Shown here piece by piece: positions 11,099-21,266 of a stretch of DNA of 64,000 nt; the first letter of the stretch is position 1; every line of letters begins with the position of its first letter. The translations under genes and the position numbers were made by a program. The stretch lies in NCBI GenBank assembly GCA_965243375.1, contig CBDEUT010000008.1, positions 872,560 to 936,559 of the forward strand, read 5' to 3'. The notes beneath the pieces are model-generated. The model had not been told where the DNA came from. It searched no databases and saw only the letters and a list, made by a program, of their open reading frames with translations. Source of the DNA: Alphaproteobacteria bacterium (GTDB taxonomy: Bacteria; Pseudomonadota; Alphaproteobacteria; UBA828).

Positions 11099-12373
11099 CT
11101 ATTCGGCGTAGGGGTAGTTGACGGTCCCCGACTTCCACTCCGCCGGATAGAGCACGACGCGCGTGCCCGCCTTGGTGAAGGTCGCGAGCTCGTTGTCCGC
11201 GATCCCCTGGTACTGGACCATCAGCGTGCGGGTCTTGGCCCACTCGCCGTTCGGCGCGAAGCTCACGTTGCCGACCACCGTGTCGAACGAGTTGTTGCGG
11301 ATGTACTCGCCGAGCACCGCGTGATCCCCGCTGTTGGTGTTGGTGATCGCCTGCTCAAGCACCTGCAGATACGCATAGGCATAGGGCTGGAGGTAGTAGC
11401 CCAGCGGGTCCACGCCCTGGCCCTCGGCCGCCGTCTGGTACTTGGCGAGGAACGCCTCGACGCCCTCGAACTTCAGCGTCGGCTCCGGCACCCAGAAGTC
11501 GTAGTTCACGATGCCGTTCAGCTTCGGCCCGAGACTCGTCATGATCGAGGCGAACTGGAGCCCCACCATGCCGCCGCCGAACATCTTGGTCTTGAGCCCG
11601 ACCTCGGTGGCCGCCTTCACCATCCCGACCGAGTCCGGCGGGTACGAGCCGACATAGACAATGTCGGGATTACGCGCCTGAATCGCATTGACGATCGGGG
11701 TGTAGTCGGCCGTCCTTGGCGGATAGGACTCGTCGTAGACAATCTCGAGCCCCAGGTTCTCCGCGTTGGTCCGCGCACCGTTCACCGCATTCTTGGCGAA
11801 TTCGGCATCGGCGCCGACGAGCGCGATCGTCTTCGGCGGCGGATCCTGTGCCATAGCGACCTCGAAGAAGCCCCGCGACCAGTCGGTCATCGGCTCCGGG
11901 CCCGCCGGCATGATTTGGAAGTAGTTCGGATAATTGAACTTCTCGTTCACCGCGAGACCGAACAGCGATGGAAAGACCAGGCCCCGCTGCATGACGATCG
12001 GCATCGCCGGCGCGATCAGGTTCGTGCCGTAGCCGGACACCACAAAGTCGACCTCGTCGATGTCGAGCAGCTTGGTATAGATCGCCGGTACGGTCGCCGG
12101 GTTGGTCTGGTCGTCGTAGTAGACGAGCTCGACCTGCTTGCCCAGAAGACCGCCCCTGGCGTTGACGTCCTCGGCCCACACCTGCATGGCGATCAAAGCA
12201 CCCTTGCCGGCGCCGGCAAGTCCGCCGGTCAGCGCCATGCTGAAGCCGATCTTGATAGTGTCGTTCGCTTGCGCCGGCGCTGCGAGTGCAACCGCCCCGG
12301 CGATGACCGCCATCGCGAACGACCGCTTCAGCCATCCGCGAAGGTTCGATTTCTCTTTTGATTTCATGAACAT
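11099..12373 (-). CDS. LIV-family ABC substrate-binding protein
   Basis: Signal peptide, IKIGFSMALTG, NARGGLLGKQVELVYYDD; GGAGG upstream of the ATG at 12373. Confidence 0.9.
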   Translation of the reverse strand: MFMKSKEKSNLRGWLKRSFAMAVIAGAVALAAPAQANDTIKIGFSMALTGGLAGAGKGALIAMQVWAEDVNARGGLLGKQVELVYYDDQTNPATVPAIYTKLLDIDEVDFVVSGYGTNLIAPAMPIVMQRGLVFPSLFGLAVNEKFNYPNYFQIMPAGPEPMTDWSRGFFEVAMAQDPPPKTIALVGADAEFAKNAVNGARTNAENLGLEIVYDESYPPRTADYTPIVNAIQARNPDIVYVGSYPPDSVGMVKAATEVGLKTKMFGGGMVGLQFASIMTSLGPKLNGIVNYDFWVPEPTLKFEGVEAFLAKYQTAAEGQGVDPLGYYLQPYAYAYLQVLEQAITNTNSGDHAVLGEYIRNNSFDTVVGNVSFAPNGEWAKTRTLMVQYQGIADNELATFTKAGTRVVLYPAEWKSGTVNYPYAE

Positions 12374-12616
12374 GGTCTTCGTGCCTCCCACGTCCCAGAC
12401 CGCCCTACTCAAAAGGCTATCCCTCGGGTCGGAGACCGTCAAGCAAACGCGAGGAATGTGCGCTGTGGCGTATTTCGACATCGTGACGCTGATCTTTGGC
12501 GGCCGGATATCGACTGCCTGATCCCCGCCGGGTGAGCAGAATGCAGCGATTAGACGCGAGATCGGAACGCTACGGGAACATCGTGACATGGATGGCCGCG
12601 GTCTGCCATCCGCCGG

Positions 12617-14468
12617 CAGGCGGCTTGGTCGAGCGGCGATGTCGGAGGTGGGACAACCGGTCAGCCGGTGTCGAGGTACGGCACCGCGCCGACCAGCGAG
12701 CGCATCCGCTCCGCGTGGCCGGCCCGCACCTGCGCAAGGGCCAGCGCCATCATCACCACCAGCGCCAGCCCGACACGGGTCTTCATCTTAGCGAGCCCGC
12801 GGATGTAGTGGGTCTCGAAGTTGAAGCTGTTGTCGAGGCGGCTGTTGATCCTCTCTATCGCAGAGCGCCGGTTGTAGCCGCGCCGCCAGGACGGGCTGCC
12901 CCAGGGCGTCGGGGTGAAGACGCGCCGGTCGTTCTTGTCGAGATCGATGCGCACGATGCGGCCGTACTCGCCGGGCTCCACCCCGCCCGCCCGGTGGCAC
13001 GCCTTGCTGCCTGCACAGTCGAAGCCGAAGGCCGCCGCCGGGCAGCGGTATTTCAGCGTGCCGCAGAGGCCGCGCTCGGCCTCGAAGCCCTGGAAGGCCA
13101 TGGCGCGGACCTCGCCGGTCTGGGGGCAGATGCAGGACACGCGGCCGCGCTCGTCGTGAACGACGACGTCGGCGCGGTTGGGGAACAGCGCCCGCGTGAT
13201 CGGCTTCGTCGGATCATAGCCCGGCTCCTCCTTCTCGGCCTTCCACATCAAGCGCGTGTCGACCAGCGGCCGAATGGCCCACTTATCCCAGAGCAACTTC
13301 TTCTGGGGAGCGTTGTCGAGACCGCGGTCGGCGCTGAAGTCGTCGCAGCGCTCCACCATTTCCGGCGCTCTTGCGAACAGGTTCTCCAGCATCTTGGGGA
13401 GCATCTTGACCTCCGAGTCCGACGCCCGCGTCACCTCGAAGGCCACCGGGACCTCGTAGTGGGTGTCGGCGATCAGGTGGAGGCCGTAGCCGAACCATGA
13501 TTTCACCTTCTTCCAGATCGCGCCGGTCTTGGCGTTCACCCCGCTCGTCTCATGCTTGCCCCAGTCGGCGTCGGGGTCGGAGGTCTTCCCCTTGTCCTCG
13601 GCAACCCGGCCCGTCGAGTGGCTCTCGATCGCCTTGCCGTCGTAGCCGAGATGGCGGCCGAAGTCGGGCAGCTCTTCGAAGAGCGACGCGCGCAGGCTCT
13701 CGACCATTGCGGACACCAGGCTGCACTCGTTCTCAAGCAGCACGACGCGCCGCAGGAAGCGCGAGAAGTTCCAGTGGCTGGGCACCGTCGAGCGGACCTG
13801 CGCCGGATGCGCCACCGCGCATGGTGGCTCCTTCGTACCTGCGCGAAGCTCCAACACGGGCGCGCTCTGGAAAGGCAGCGGGTCGAACCCGCAGAGTTCC
13901 AGGAGCGCCGGGTTGCGGCCCATCTCCCGCAGCAGCGACTGGATCGAGGCGTGCTGGAACACCACGCCCGCGATCAGCGCACGCCACATCGACCGCACCG
14001 GGTAGTCGTTGCGCCCGCGACCTCGCCCGGCCTCAAGCGCAGCCACGATCTCCTCGTCGGGCAGGGTGTCGAGCACCAGACGCAGGCGATCCAGGTCCGG
14101 CAGGCCTTCGACAGCCTGCCAGGAAAAGGGTAGCTTCTCCGTTGTCGCCATCACGTTCTCCCTACCAGGGCTGGTGGATGGAACGAGGGCCTCTGGCCCG
14201 ATGGCGACACCTTCTATCCGATTCGGGCGGGACGACGCGACGGGGCCGGAAGTGAGCCTGGGAGCGTCGTCGGCTATGGGGTGGAAATCCTCGATCCGCC
14301 CTATCCGCCGATCTCAGGGCCGCAGATGTCTGCGAAGCCGCCGGGGTAAGAAAAATCTCGGATCAGCTGGAGCCCTTGATCACCAAGGGATGCGTGACAG
14401 CGCACACGCCTCAAACGCCATGGCCGGGAGCGATGCTGGGAGGAAATGCGAGGCGATCAAGCCGCCCG
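12617..14468 (-). mobile_element. insertion sequence (IS4/IS5/IS1182-like DDE); ends tentative
   Basis: Contains the transposase. Imperfect IR candidate CAGGCGGCTTGGTCG (12617-12631) vs reverse complement of CGATCAAGCCGCCCG (14454-14468), 13/15 match; no target duplication seen. Confidence 0.5.
12661..14154 (-). CDS. DDE transposase (IS4 superfamily, IS5/IS1182-like)
   Basis: GRGRNDYP N-terminus, YDGKAI, WFGYGLHL, ADRGLD, YNRRSAIERINSRL (YREK-like). Confidence 0.9.
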   Translation of the reverse strand: MMATTEKLPFSWQAVEGLPDLDRLRLVLDTLPDEEIVAALEAGRGRGRNDYPVRSMWRALIAGVVFQHASIQSLLREMGRNPALLELCGFDPLPFQSAPVLELRAGTKEPPCAVAHPAQVRSTVPSHWNFSRFLRRVVLLENECSLVSAMVESLRASLFEELPDFGRHLGYDGKAIESHSTGRVAEDKGKTSDPDADWGKHETSGVNAKTGAIWKKVKSWFGYGLHLIADTHYEVPVAFEVTRASDSEVKMLPKMLENLFARAPEMVERCDDFSADRGLDNAPQKKLLWDKWAIRPLVDTRLMWKAEKEEPGYDPTKPITRALFPNRADVVVHDERGRVSCICPQTGEVRAMAFQGFEAERGLCGTLKYRCPAAAFGFDCAGSKACHRAGGVEPGEYGRIVRIDLDKNDRRVFTPTPWGSPSWRRGYNRRSAIERINSRLDNSFNFETHYIRGLAKMKTRVGLALVVMMALALAQVRAGHAERMRSLVGAVPYLDTG

Positions 14469-14549
14469 ATTGCGGCATCTCCTGGCCCGTGTAGCCGCCG
14501 TCATCTGCGCCGGGAAGTAGGCCTTTGTGAGCGCCACCTCGTACATGGC

Positions 14550-15719
14550 TTATCCGGCGGCCTCTCCACCGCCGGGAGCGAGATTGTGCGGCGCCCGGCT
14601 CAGGCACTCCGGGCCGTCGTCCCCGATGGCGTAGGTCTCGCCCAGCGTCATGGCGAGCCCGTCATCGCTGTTCGCGAGAATGATGTGAACGAAGAGCACC
14701 ATGCCGGGCTCCACGGTCTGCGGATTGCCGGTGTAGAACATCGGTCCGTCCATCCAGGACGGGGCGAAGGTGGCGCCCAGGCTGTAGCCGCAGGCGTTGA
14801 GGCGATGCTTGCGGTAGCCGGCCTTGTCGAGCACGCGGGCGTGGGCGTCGAAGACCTCGCCGAAGCGCCGGCCGGGATGCAGGGTATCGCGGCACGCGCC
14901 GAGGGCGTCGCTGCAGGCCCGGTGCATGGCCTTGTGCTCGTCGGAAACCGGGCCGATCACCAGCGTGCGCATGAGCGCGGCGTGGTAACGGCAATAGGCG
15001 CCGGCAAACTCGATGGTGAGCTGGTCCCGTTCCGTGAGCCGGCGGCGCCCGGCCTTGTCACGGCACAGCAGCGCATCGGGGCCGGAGCTGAGAATGAAGG
15101 GATTTCCCGGATACTCGCCGCCGCCCTTGAAGACCGCGCCCTGCATCGCCGCCAGGATGTCGCCCTCGAACGCGCCAGGCGCGGCCAGCCGCTCGGCCTC
15201 CGCCAGGGCGTCGTCGGCGAGCTCGGCCGCGCGGCGCACATGGGCCAGCTCATCGTCGCTCTTGACCAGGCGGTGCGCGGAGACGAGGTCGGATGCGTCC
15301 TCCAGCGTGCAGAACTCGTCGAACGCCCGCTCGACCCGGAGCCAGTTCGCTGCCGTCAACCCCTGCGTGTCGCGCTCGACGCCGATCAGGGTGCCGGCCC
15401 CGCCATGCCCGGTTACCACATCGCGGAGCGCGCCGGCAGGGTCCGCGCCGGCCTCGTCGACCCAGATGCGGATGTCGTCGATGATCGAGGTGTGCTGCGC
15501 CTGCCTCAGGTCCGGCGCGCGGGTGAGCAGCGTCATGCGCCCGTCGCTGCCGAGCCAGAGACCCTGAAAGAAGCAGAACCCGAAGGTGTCGTAGCCCGTC
15601 AGGTAGTACATGCTCTCCTGCTTGAAGAGCAGGATGCCGAAGAGGCCGCGTCCCTTCAGCGCGCGGACCACCGCATCGCGACGCCGGTCGAACTCGTCTC
15701 TCGTGAAGTGGATCGCCAT
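14550..15719 (-). CDS. M24 Xaa-Pro peptidase/creatinase family hydrolase
   Basis: QESMYYLTGYDTFG, VKSDDEL, YHAALMRT, GYSLGATF; start MAIHF. Confidence 0.85.
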   Translation of the reverse strand: MAIHFTRDEFDRRRDAVVRALKGRGLFGILLFKQESMYYLTGYDTFGFCFFQGLWLGSDGRMTLLTRAPDLRQAQHTSIIDDIRIWVDEAGADPAGALRDVVTGHGGAGTLIGVERDTQGLTAANWLRVERAFDEFCTLEDASDLVSAHRLVKSDDELAHVRRAAELADDALAEAERLAAPGAFEGDILAAMQGAVFKGGGEYPGNPFILSSGPDALLCRDKAGRRRLTERDQLTIEFAGAYCRYHAALMRTLVIGPVSDEHKAMHRACSDALGACRDTLHPGRRFGEVFDAHARVLDKAGYRKHRLNACGYSLGATFAPSWMDGPMFYTGNPQTVEPGMVLFVHIILANSDDGLAMTLGETYAIGDDGPECLSRAPHNLAPGGGEAAG

Positions 15720-15877
15720 GCGCCGTCCGCCCTCCGCCGCGATGCTCCGCCTGCGGCGGACGATAGGGCCGCTCGGCGCAGGCGTAAACCGAACGCCCCG
15801 AGACTCCCCTTCGGCGGCGTTTACCGATAATGAAGGCGACTGTGCCAGGGACGGCATGTAGAGCCAGGGAACACGCG

Positions 15878-18577
15878 ATGGGCGATGGTATGGAATTCGA
15901 CCGGGTGGCGCGGGTTCCGGCGCCAGGAGACAACGTCGCGATCGCGACGCGGCGTTTGGAGGCCGGCACCCGCGTCGCGGACGGAACGGGTGCGTTTCGC
16001 CTGCCCCACACGGTCATGGAGGGGCACCGCTTCGTCCGTGTGCCAGTTCCGCAAGGCGCGCAGCTCACCTCCTGGGGGCTCCCCTTCGGCATCGCCACCC
16101 GCGCACTGGAGCCCGGCGAATACGTCTGCAACGAGAGGATCCTGGGGGCACTGGGGGCCCGCGATATCGACTTCGCGCTGCCCGACGCTGCCAACTTCGT
16201 GGACACCATGGAGACCTACTCGCTGGACGAGGCCTGCTTCGCGCCGGGCGCTCAGGTCGCGCCCGCCGATGTCGGCGCCACCTTCGAGGGCTTCCGCCGT
16301 CCCGGCGGGCGAGGCGTCGGCACCCGCAACTTCGTCGCGGTGGTGGCCACCACGTCGCGCGCCAACGGCTTCGTGCGCGCGGTCGCGGAGCGCGCGGCGG
16401 CCAAGGCGCCCGCCGGGATCGACGGCGTGGTCGCGGTCACCCATACCGAGGGCGGCGGCGCGGGACGGCCCAACAATCTGGGTCACGTGCTCCGCGTGCT
16501 CGCAGGCTTCATGGTGCACCCCAACGTGGGCGCGGTGCTCGCGGCCGACGACGGCGCGGGCGCCTACACCAACGACGACCTGCGGCGATTCATGGCGGAC
16601 CGCGACGACCCGCTCGACCACGTGCCGCACGGGTTTTTCCGTATCGAGGGCGGGTTCGAGGACGAGGTCGCGCGTGCGGCTGCGCTGATCGAAGTCTGGC
16701 TGCCGGAGGTCGCGGCCGCGCGCCGCACACCCGAGCCTGCCGGCGACCTTCGACTCGCCCTCCAGTGCGGCGGCTCGGACGCCTTCTCCGGCGTCTCCGG
16801 CAACGCGCTCGCAGGCTGGGTGGCGAAGGAGGTCATCCGGCACGGCGGCGCCGCGAACCTGGCCGAGACCGACGAACTCATCGGCGCCGAGCCCTACGTG
16901 CTGGAGAACGTGCGCGACGCCGCCACTGCCCGCGCGTTCCTGGACAAGATCGAGAACTTCAAGCGCTACGCCGCCAATCACGGGGCCACGGCAGAAGGGA
17001 ATCCCACGGGCGGGAACAATTTCCGCGGGCTCTACAACATCGCCCTCAAATCCCTCGGCGCCGCGCGCAAGAAGGCGCCAGCGGTCCGGCTCGACCACGT
17101 CATCGACTACGGCGAGCCCATGCGCGCCCCCGGTTACTACTTCATGGACAGCCCCGGCAACGACCTGGAGAGCATCGCGGGCCAGGTGGCGGCGGGCTCC
17201 AACCTCATCCTGTTCATTACCGGCAACGGCTCGATCACCAACTTCCCCTTCGTGCCGACCCTCAAGTTCGTGACCACAACCGGGCGCTTCGAGCTGCTCG
17301 CGAACGAGATGGACGTGAACGCCGGCCGCTACAACGACGGCATGGAGATGGACGCGCTCGGCGCGGAGACCTTCGAGCTCGCGCTCGACATCGCCTCCGG
17401 CCGGCGCAGCAAGGGGGAGCTCGCCGGCCATGCCCAGGTCTCGATCTGGCGCGACTGGCCGCGCACGGACAGGGACGGGCTGGAGGAGGCCCGTGGGCGT
17501 CCTGTTCCTGACGGACGGCCCGTGGCGGTGCGGCAGGCGCCGCCGCTCGACCTCGCCTTCGACGCGTTGGTCACCGAAGAGGGCGTGGCCTCAGATCAGA
17601 TCGCGCTGGTGATGCCAACCAGCCTCTGCTCCGGCCAAGTCGCGCGCCTCATTGCAGACGAACTCGACGCGGACCCGCCGCCCTGGAGCGACGTGTCGCG
17701 GTTCGTCGCGCTCGTGCACACGGAGGGCTGCGGCTCGGCCAACGGCGCCGGCCTCTATCTCGACACGCTCACCGGCCACCTCGCGCACCGCAGCGTGCGC
17801 CACGCGGTTCTGCTGGAGCACGGCTGCGAGATGACCCACAACGACGCGGTGCGTAACCACCTCGCCGCGCATGGCGTCGCGGCTGACCGCTTCGGCTGGG
17901 CGAGCGTGCAGCTGGACGGCGGCATCGCCAGCGTCAAAGACAAGGTGACAGGCCAGCTCGAAGCCATGGCGGCGGACCGTGCCGCGGCCGCACCTGAGCG
18001 CCGGCGCGTGGGCGCGGACGAGATGCGCGTGGCGCTTGCCGCGCACGGGCCGCTGCCGAACGAGGTGGCGGAGGCGTTCGGCCGGCTGGCCACGGGCCTC
18101 GTCGCGGCCGGCGCGACCGTGGTCGTGCCCGACAACGAGGGCCTGCTCGGCAACGAGGGCTTCCGGCGCGCGGTATTCCCCGATGGAACGGCGCCCCCTG
18201 CCTCGCTCGCCTTCGGCCGGCCGGCCGCCGGCGCGGGGTTCCACATCATGGAGACCCCGACGGAGAACCCGGTGGAGGCGTTCACGGGCCTCGGCGCGAC
18301 CGGGGTCGATCTGATGCTCTGCCATGTTGGGCAGACCCCGCTTCAGGGGCATCCGATGCTCCCGCTTCTCCAGGTGACGAGCGTTCCCAAGGTCGCTGCG
18401 CAGTACGGCAACGACCTGGATCGCGTGCTCGCGCCGGAACAGGACGTCGAGGAGACGGTCGCCGCGCTCGCCACGCTGATCGCCGACGTGGCGTCCGCCC
18501 GCTACCGGCCGGCGCTCTGGTCGCGCGGCGTCACCGAGTTCCAGCTCACTCGCGGCCGGCTCGGCCTTTCGCTGTAG
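15878..18577 (+). CDS. UxaA/GarD family sugar-acid dehydratase, internally duplicated (~900 aa)
   Basis: SAF domain (DNVAIA, GHRF), VGTRNF, QCGGSDAFSG, ETDELIGAE, MDSPGNDLES, followed by a second divergent UxaA-like module. Confidence 0.85.
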   Translation: MGDGMEFDRVARVPAPGDNVAIATRRLEAGTRVADGTGAFRLPHTVMEGHRFVRVPVPQGAQLTSWGLPFGIATRALEPGEYVCNERILGALGARDIDFALPDAANFVDTMETYSLDEACFAPGAQVAPADVGATFEGFRRPGGRGVGTRNFVAVVATTSRANGFVRAVAERAAAKAPAGIDGVVAVTHTEGGGAGRPNNLGHVLRVLAGFMVHPNVGAVLAADDGAGAYTNDDLRRFMADRDDPLDHVPHGFFRIEGGFEDEVARAAALIEVWLPEVAAARRTPEPAGDLRLALQCGGSDAFSGVSGNALAGWVAKEVIRHGGAANLAETDELIGAEPYVLENVRDAATARAFLDKIENFKRYAANHGATAEGNPTGGNNFRGLYNIALKSLGAARKKAPAVRLDHVIDYGEPMRAPGYYFMDSPGNDLESIAGQVAAGSNLILFITGNGSITNFPFVPTLKFVTTTGRFELLANEMDVNAGRYNDGMEMDALGAETFELALDIASGRRSKGELAGHAQVSIWRDWPRTDRDGLEEARGRPVPDGRPVAVRQAPPLDLAFDALVTEEGVASDQIALVMPTSLCSGQVARLIADELDADPPPWSDVSRFVALVHTEGCGSANGAGLYLDTLTGHLAHRSVRHAVLLEHGCEMTHNDAVRNHLAAHGVAADRFGWASVQLDGGIASVKDKVTGQLEAMAADRAAAAPERRRVGADEMRVALAAHGPLPNEVAEAFGRLATGLVAAGATVVVPDNEGLLGNEGFRRAVFPDGTAPPASLAFGRPAAGAGFHIMETPTENPVEAFTGLGATGVDLMLCHVGQTPLQGHPMLPLLQVTSVPKVAAQYGNDLDRVLAPEQDVEETVAALATLIADVASARYRPALWSRGVTEFQLTRGRLGLSL

Positions 18578-18584
18578 CGGCTGC

Positions 18585-20207
18585 GTGGAGACGCGCGTGG
18601 CAGCCCCCGCACCGCTCGAAGGCCGCTACGACTACATCATCGTTGGCGCCGGCACTGCCGGTTGCGTGCTCGCCAACCGCCTCACCGAAGACCCTCGCGT
18701 CCGTGTGCTGCTGCTGGAAGCTGGCCGCAGCGACGCCTACCACTGGGTCCATATCCCCGTGGGCTACCTCTACTGCATCGGCAACCCCCGCACCGACTGG
18801 ATGATGAAGACGGCGCCCGAGCCCGGCCTCAACGGGCGCAGCCTGGTCTATCCCCGCGGCAAGGTGCTGGGCGGCTGCACCGCGGTCAACGGCATGATCT
18901 ACATGCGCGGCCAGGCGGCGGACTACGACCACTGGCGCCAGCTGGGCAACCTCGGCTGGGGCTGGCACGACGTCCTGCCCTACTTCCTCAAGTCGGAGGA
19001 CCACTACGCCGGTGCGAGCCCGATGCACGGGGCGGGGGGCGGCTGGAAGGTCACCACGCAGCGACTGAGCTGGGAGATCCTCGAAGCGGTGCAGGAAGCC
19101 GCGAAGGAGTTCGGCATCCAGCCCCGCGCCGACTTCAACGACGGCGACAACGAGGGCTCGGGCTTCTTCGAGGTGAACCAGCGCAACGGCGTGCGCTGGA
19201 CCACGGCCAGGGGCTTCCTCAAGCCTGCGATGAAGCGGCCCAACCTGCGCGTCGTCCTCCAGGCCGAGACCGAGCGGCTGATCCTCGAAGGCCGCGCGGT
19301 GCGCGGCCTGGTCTATCGTCACAAGGGCGCGCGTCGTGAGGCACACGCCGATGGCGAAGTGCTGCTCGCCGCAGGCTCCATTAACTCGCCCAAGATCCTG
19401 GAGCTATCCGGCATAGGCCAGCCCGACCGGCTCGCCGGGCTCGGCATCGAGGTGGCGCACGAGAGCCCCGGCGTGGGTGAGAACCTGATGGATCACCTGC
19501 AGATCCGCACGGTCTACGGGGTGAGTGGCGCGAAGACGCTGAACACGCTCGCGAACAGTCTCTGGGGGAAGGCGGGCATCGTCCTCGAATACGCATTGCG
19601 CCGGAGCGGCCCGATGTCGATGGCGCCGAGCCAGTTCGGCATGTTCACGAAGTCCGATCCCGCGCTCTCGACCCCCGATCTGGAGTATCACGTCCAGCCG
19701 CTTTCCACCGACCGGCTGGGTGACCCGCTCCACCCCTACCCCGCCATAACCATGTCGGTCTGCAACCTGCGCCCGGAGAGCCGCGGGACCTGCCACGTGA
19801 CCACCACCGACCTCGCCGCGCAGCCCGAGATCAAGCCGAACTATCTCTCGACCGCGCATGACCGCCGCATCGCGGTCAAGTCCGTGCACCAGGTCCGACG
19901 GATCATGACGGCTAAGGCGCTGGAGCGTTACATGCCTGAGGAGCTTGTTCCCGGCCCGGAGGTTCGGTCCGACGACGACCTTGTGAAAGAGGTCGGCAAC
20001 ATCGCGACCACGATCTTCCACCCGACCGGGACGTGCAAGATGGGCGATGACCCGCACGCGGTGGTGGACTCGGAGCTGCGCGTGCACGGGCTGAGCGGCC
20101 TCCGCGTCGTCGATGCCTCGATCATGCCCCGCATCACGTCGGGCAACACCGCCTCGCCCGTCATCATGATCGCGGAGAAGGCCGCCGACCTGATCCGCGG
20201 GGCGTGA
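18585..20207 (+). CDS. GMC family FAD oxidoreductase (choline dehydrogenase-like)
   Basis: DYIIVGAGTAGC, RGKVLGG, NGMIYMRG, VGENLMDH, FHPTGTCKMG, RVVDASIMP..GNT. Confidence 0.93.
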   Translation: METRVAAPAPLEGRYDYIIVGAGTAGCVLANRLTEDPRVRVLLLEAGRSDAYHWVHIPVGYLYCIGNPRTDWMMKTAPEPGLNGRSLVYPRGKVLGGCTAVNGMIYMRGQAADYDHWRQLGNLGWGWHDVLPYFLKSEDHYAGASPMHGAGGGWKVTTQRLSWEILEAVQEAAKEFGIQPRADFNDGDNEGSGFFEVNQRNGVRWTTARGFLKPAMKRPNLRVVLQAETERLILEGRAVRGLVYRHKGARREAHADGEVLLAAGSINSPKILELSGIGQPDRLAGLGIEVAHESPGVGENLMDHLQIRTVYGVSGAKTLNTLANSLWGKAGIVLEYALRRSGPMSMAPSQFGMFTKSDPALSTPDLEYHVQPLSTDRLGDPLHPYPAITMSVCNLRPESRGTCHVTTTDLAAQPEIKPNYLSTAHDRRIAVKSVHQVRRIMTAKALERYMPEELVPGPEVRSDDDLVKEVGNIATTIFHPTGTCKMGDDPHAVVDSELRVHGLSGLRVVDASIMPRITSGNTASPVIMIAEKAADLIRGA

Positions 20208-20264
20208 CCGCACTCGGCGTCCCGGCCGAGACGTTTCAGTCCAAGCGCACGGTACCCCCCAACA

Positions 20265-20368
20265 CGTCATGGCCGCACTTACCCGGACTTGATCCGGGTA
20301 TCCGGCCATCCACGTCGGGCCGCCGCATGGGGCCGAAATGGATGCGCGGATCAAGTCCGCGCATGACG
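20265..20368. repeat. GTCAT...ATGAC double-hairpin palindromic repeat, copy 1 (with nested mini-hairpin)
   Basis: CGTCATGGCCG...CGGCCATCCAC...GGATGCGCGGATCAAGTCCGCGCATGACG; homologous copies at 50116, 55503, 60790. Confidence 0.85.
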
Positions 20369-20390
20369 ACATATGGGAGGGGCTCAAACT

Positions 20391-21203
20391 TTACAGGGCG
20401 GCGCCACCGTCGAGATTGATGGCCTGCCCGGTGACATGGGGCGCGCGCACGAGATAGAGCGCGAGCTCCGCCATGTCCTCCTCGGTCTGTGGCACGCCCT
20501 GGGGAATGTAGCCTTCGACGAAGCGTGCGTAGACCTGCTCCGGCGTCTCCCCCGGCTCCGCGAAGGCGTCGTTGAGCATGGTCCACATCTGCGTGCCCAC
20601 GATGCCGGGGCAGATGCAGTTCACCGTGATATCCTCGCGCGCAACCTCCTTGGCGAGCGCGTTCGAGAAGCCGATGACCGCGAACTTGGACGCGCAGTAG
20701 TGCGAGAGGGTCGCCGTGCCGAACTTTCCCGCCACCGAAGAGATGTTGATGATCCGCCCGCCGCCCCCTTGCGCGCGCATCTGGATGACCGCCGCCTGGT
20801 TCACCAGGAACGTGCCCTTGGCGTTCACGTCCATGATGTTGTCCCACTCCGCCTCGGTCATGTCGGCGATCGGGCGGGCGGTGATCACGCCGGCGGCGTT
20901 CACCACGACATCGACGCGGCCGAAGCGCTCGACCGTCTGTGCGAACATGGCCTCGACCGCAGCGGCGTCGGCCACGTCCGCATCGATGGCAATGGCGTCG
21001 CCGCCGATCTCGTCCGCCACGGCCTGCGCCGCGGAGTAGCCGCCGATGTGCTTCGTCTCGTACTGATTGTCGGCGGTCGGCGCATGCTCCAGCCCGTTGA
21101 GGGCGAGCTTCATGCCCTCCCGCCCGAATAGCTGCGCGATACCCTTGCCGATGCCGGTGCCGCCACCGGTGATGAGTGCAACCTTCCCTGTTACGTCGGA
21201 CAT
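20391..21203 (-). CDS. SDR family oxidoreductase
   Basis: TGGGTGIG, NAAG, NISS, YCASK, VNCICPG. Confidence 0.92.
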   Translation of the reverse strand: MSDVTGKVALITGGGTGIGKGIAQLFGREGMKLALNGLEHAPTADNQYETKHIGGYSAAQAVADEIGGDAIAIDADVADAAAVEAMFAQTVERFGRVDVVVNAAGVITARPIADMTEAEWDNIMDVNAKGTFLVNQAAVIQMRAQGGGGRIINISSVAGKFGTATLSHYCASKFAVIGFSNALAKEVAREDITVNCICPGIVGTQMWTMLNDAFAEPGETPEQVYARFVEGYIPQGVPQTEEDMAELALYLVRAPHVTGQAINLDGGAAL

Positions 21204-21266
21204 GGTCCCAAAACTCCGTCGTCGATCCATGCGGATAGTGCCACGCATCACCCCGCAACGCTGCCG

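Noticed and set aside
18585-20207. Calling the GMC oxidoreductase betA or pyridoxine 4-oxidase
   Set aside because: The motifs support only the family, and there is no bet or B6 gene context nearby
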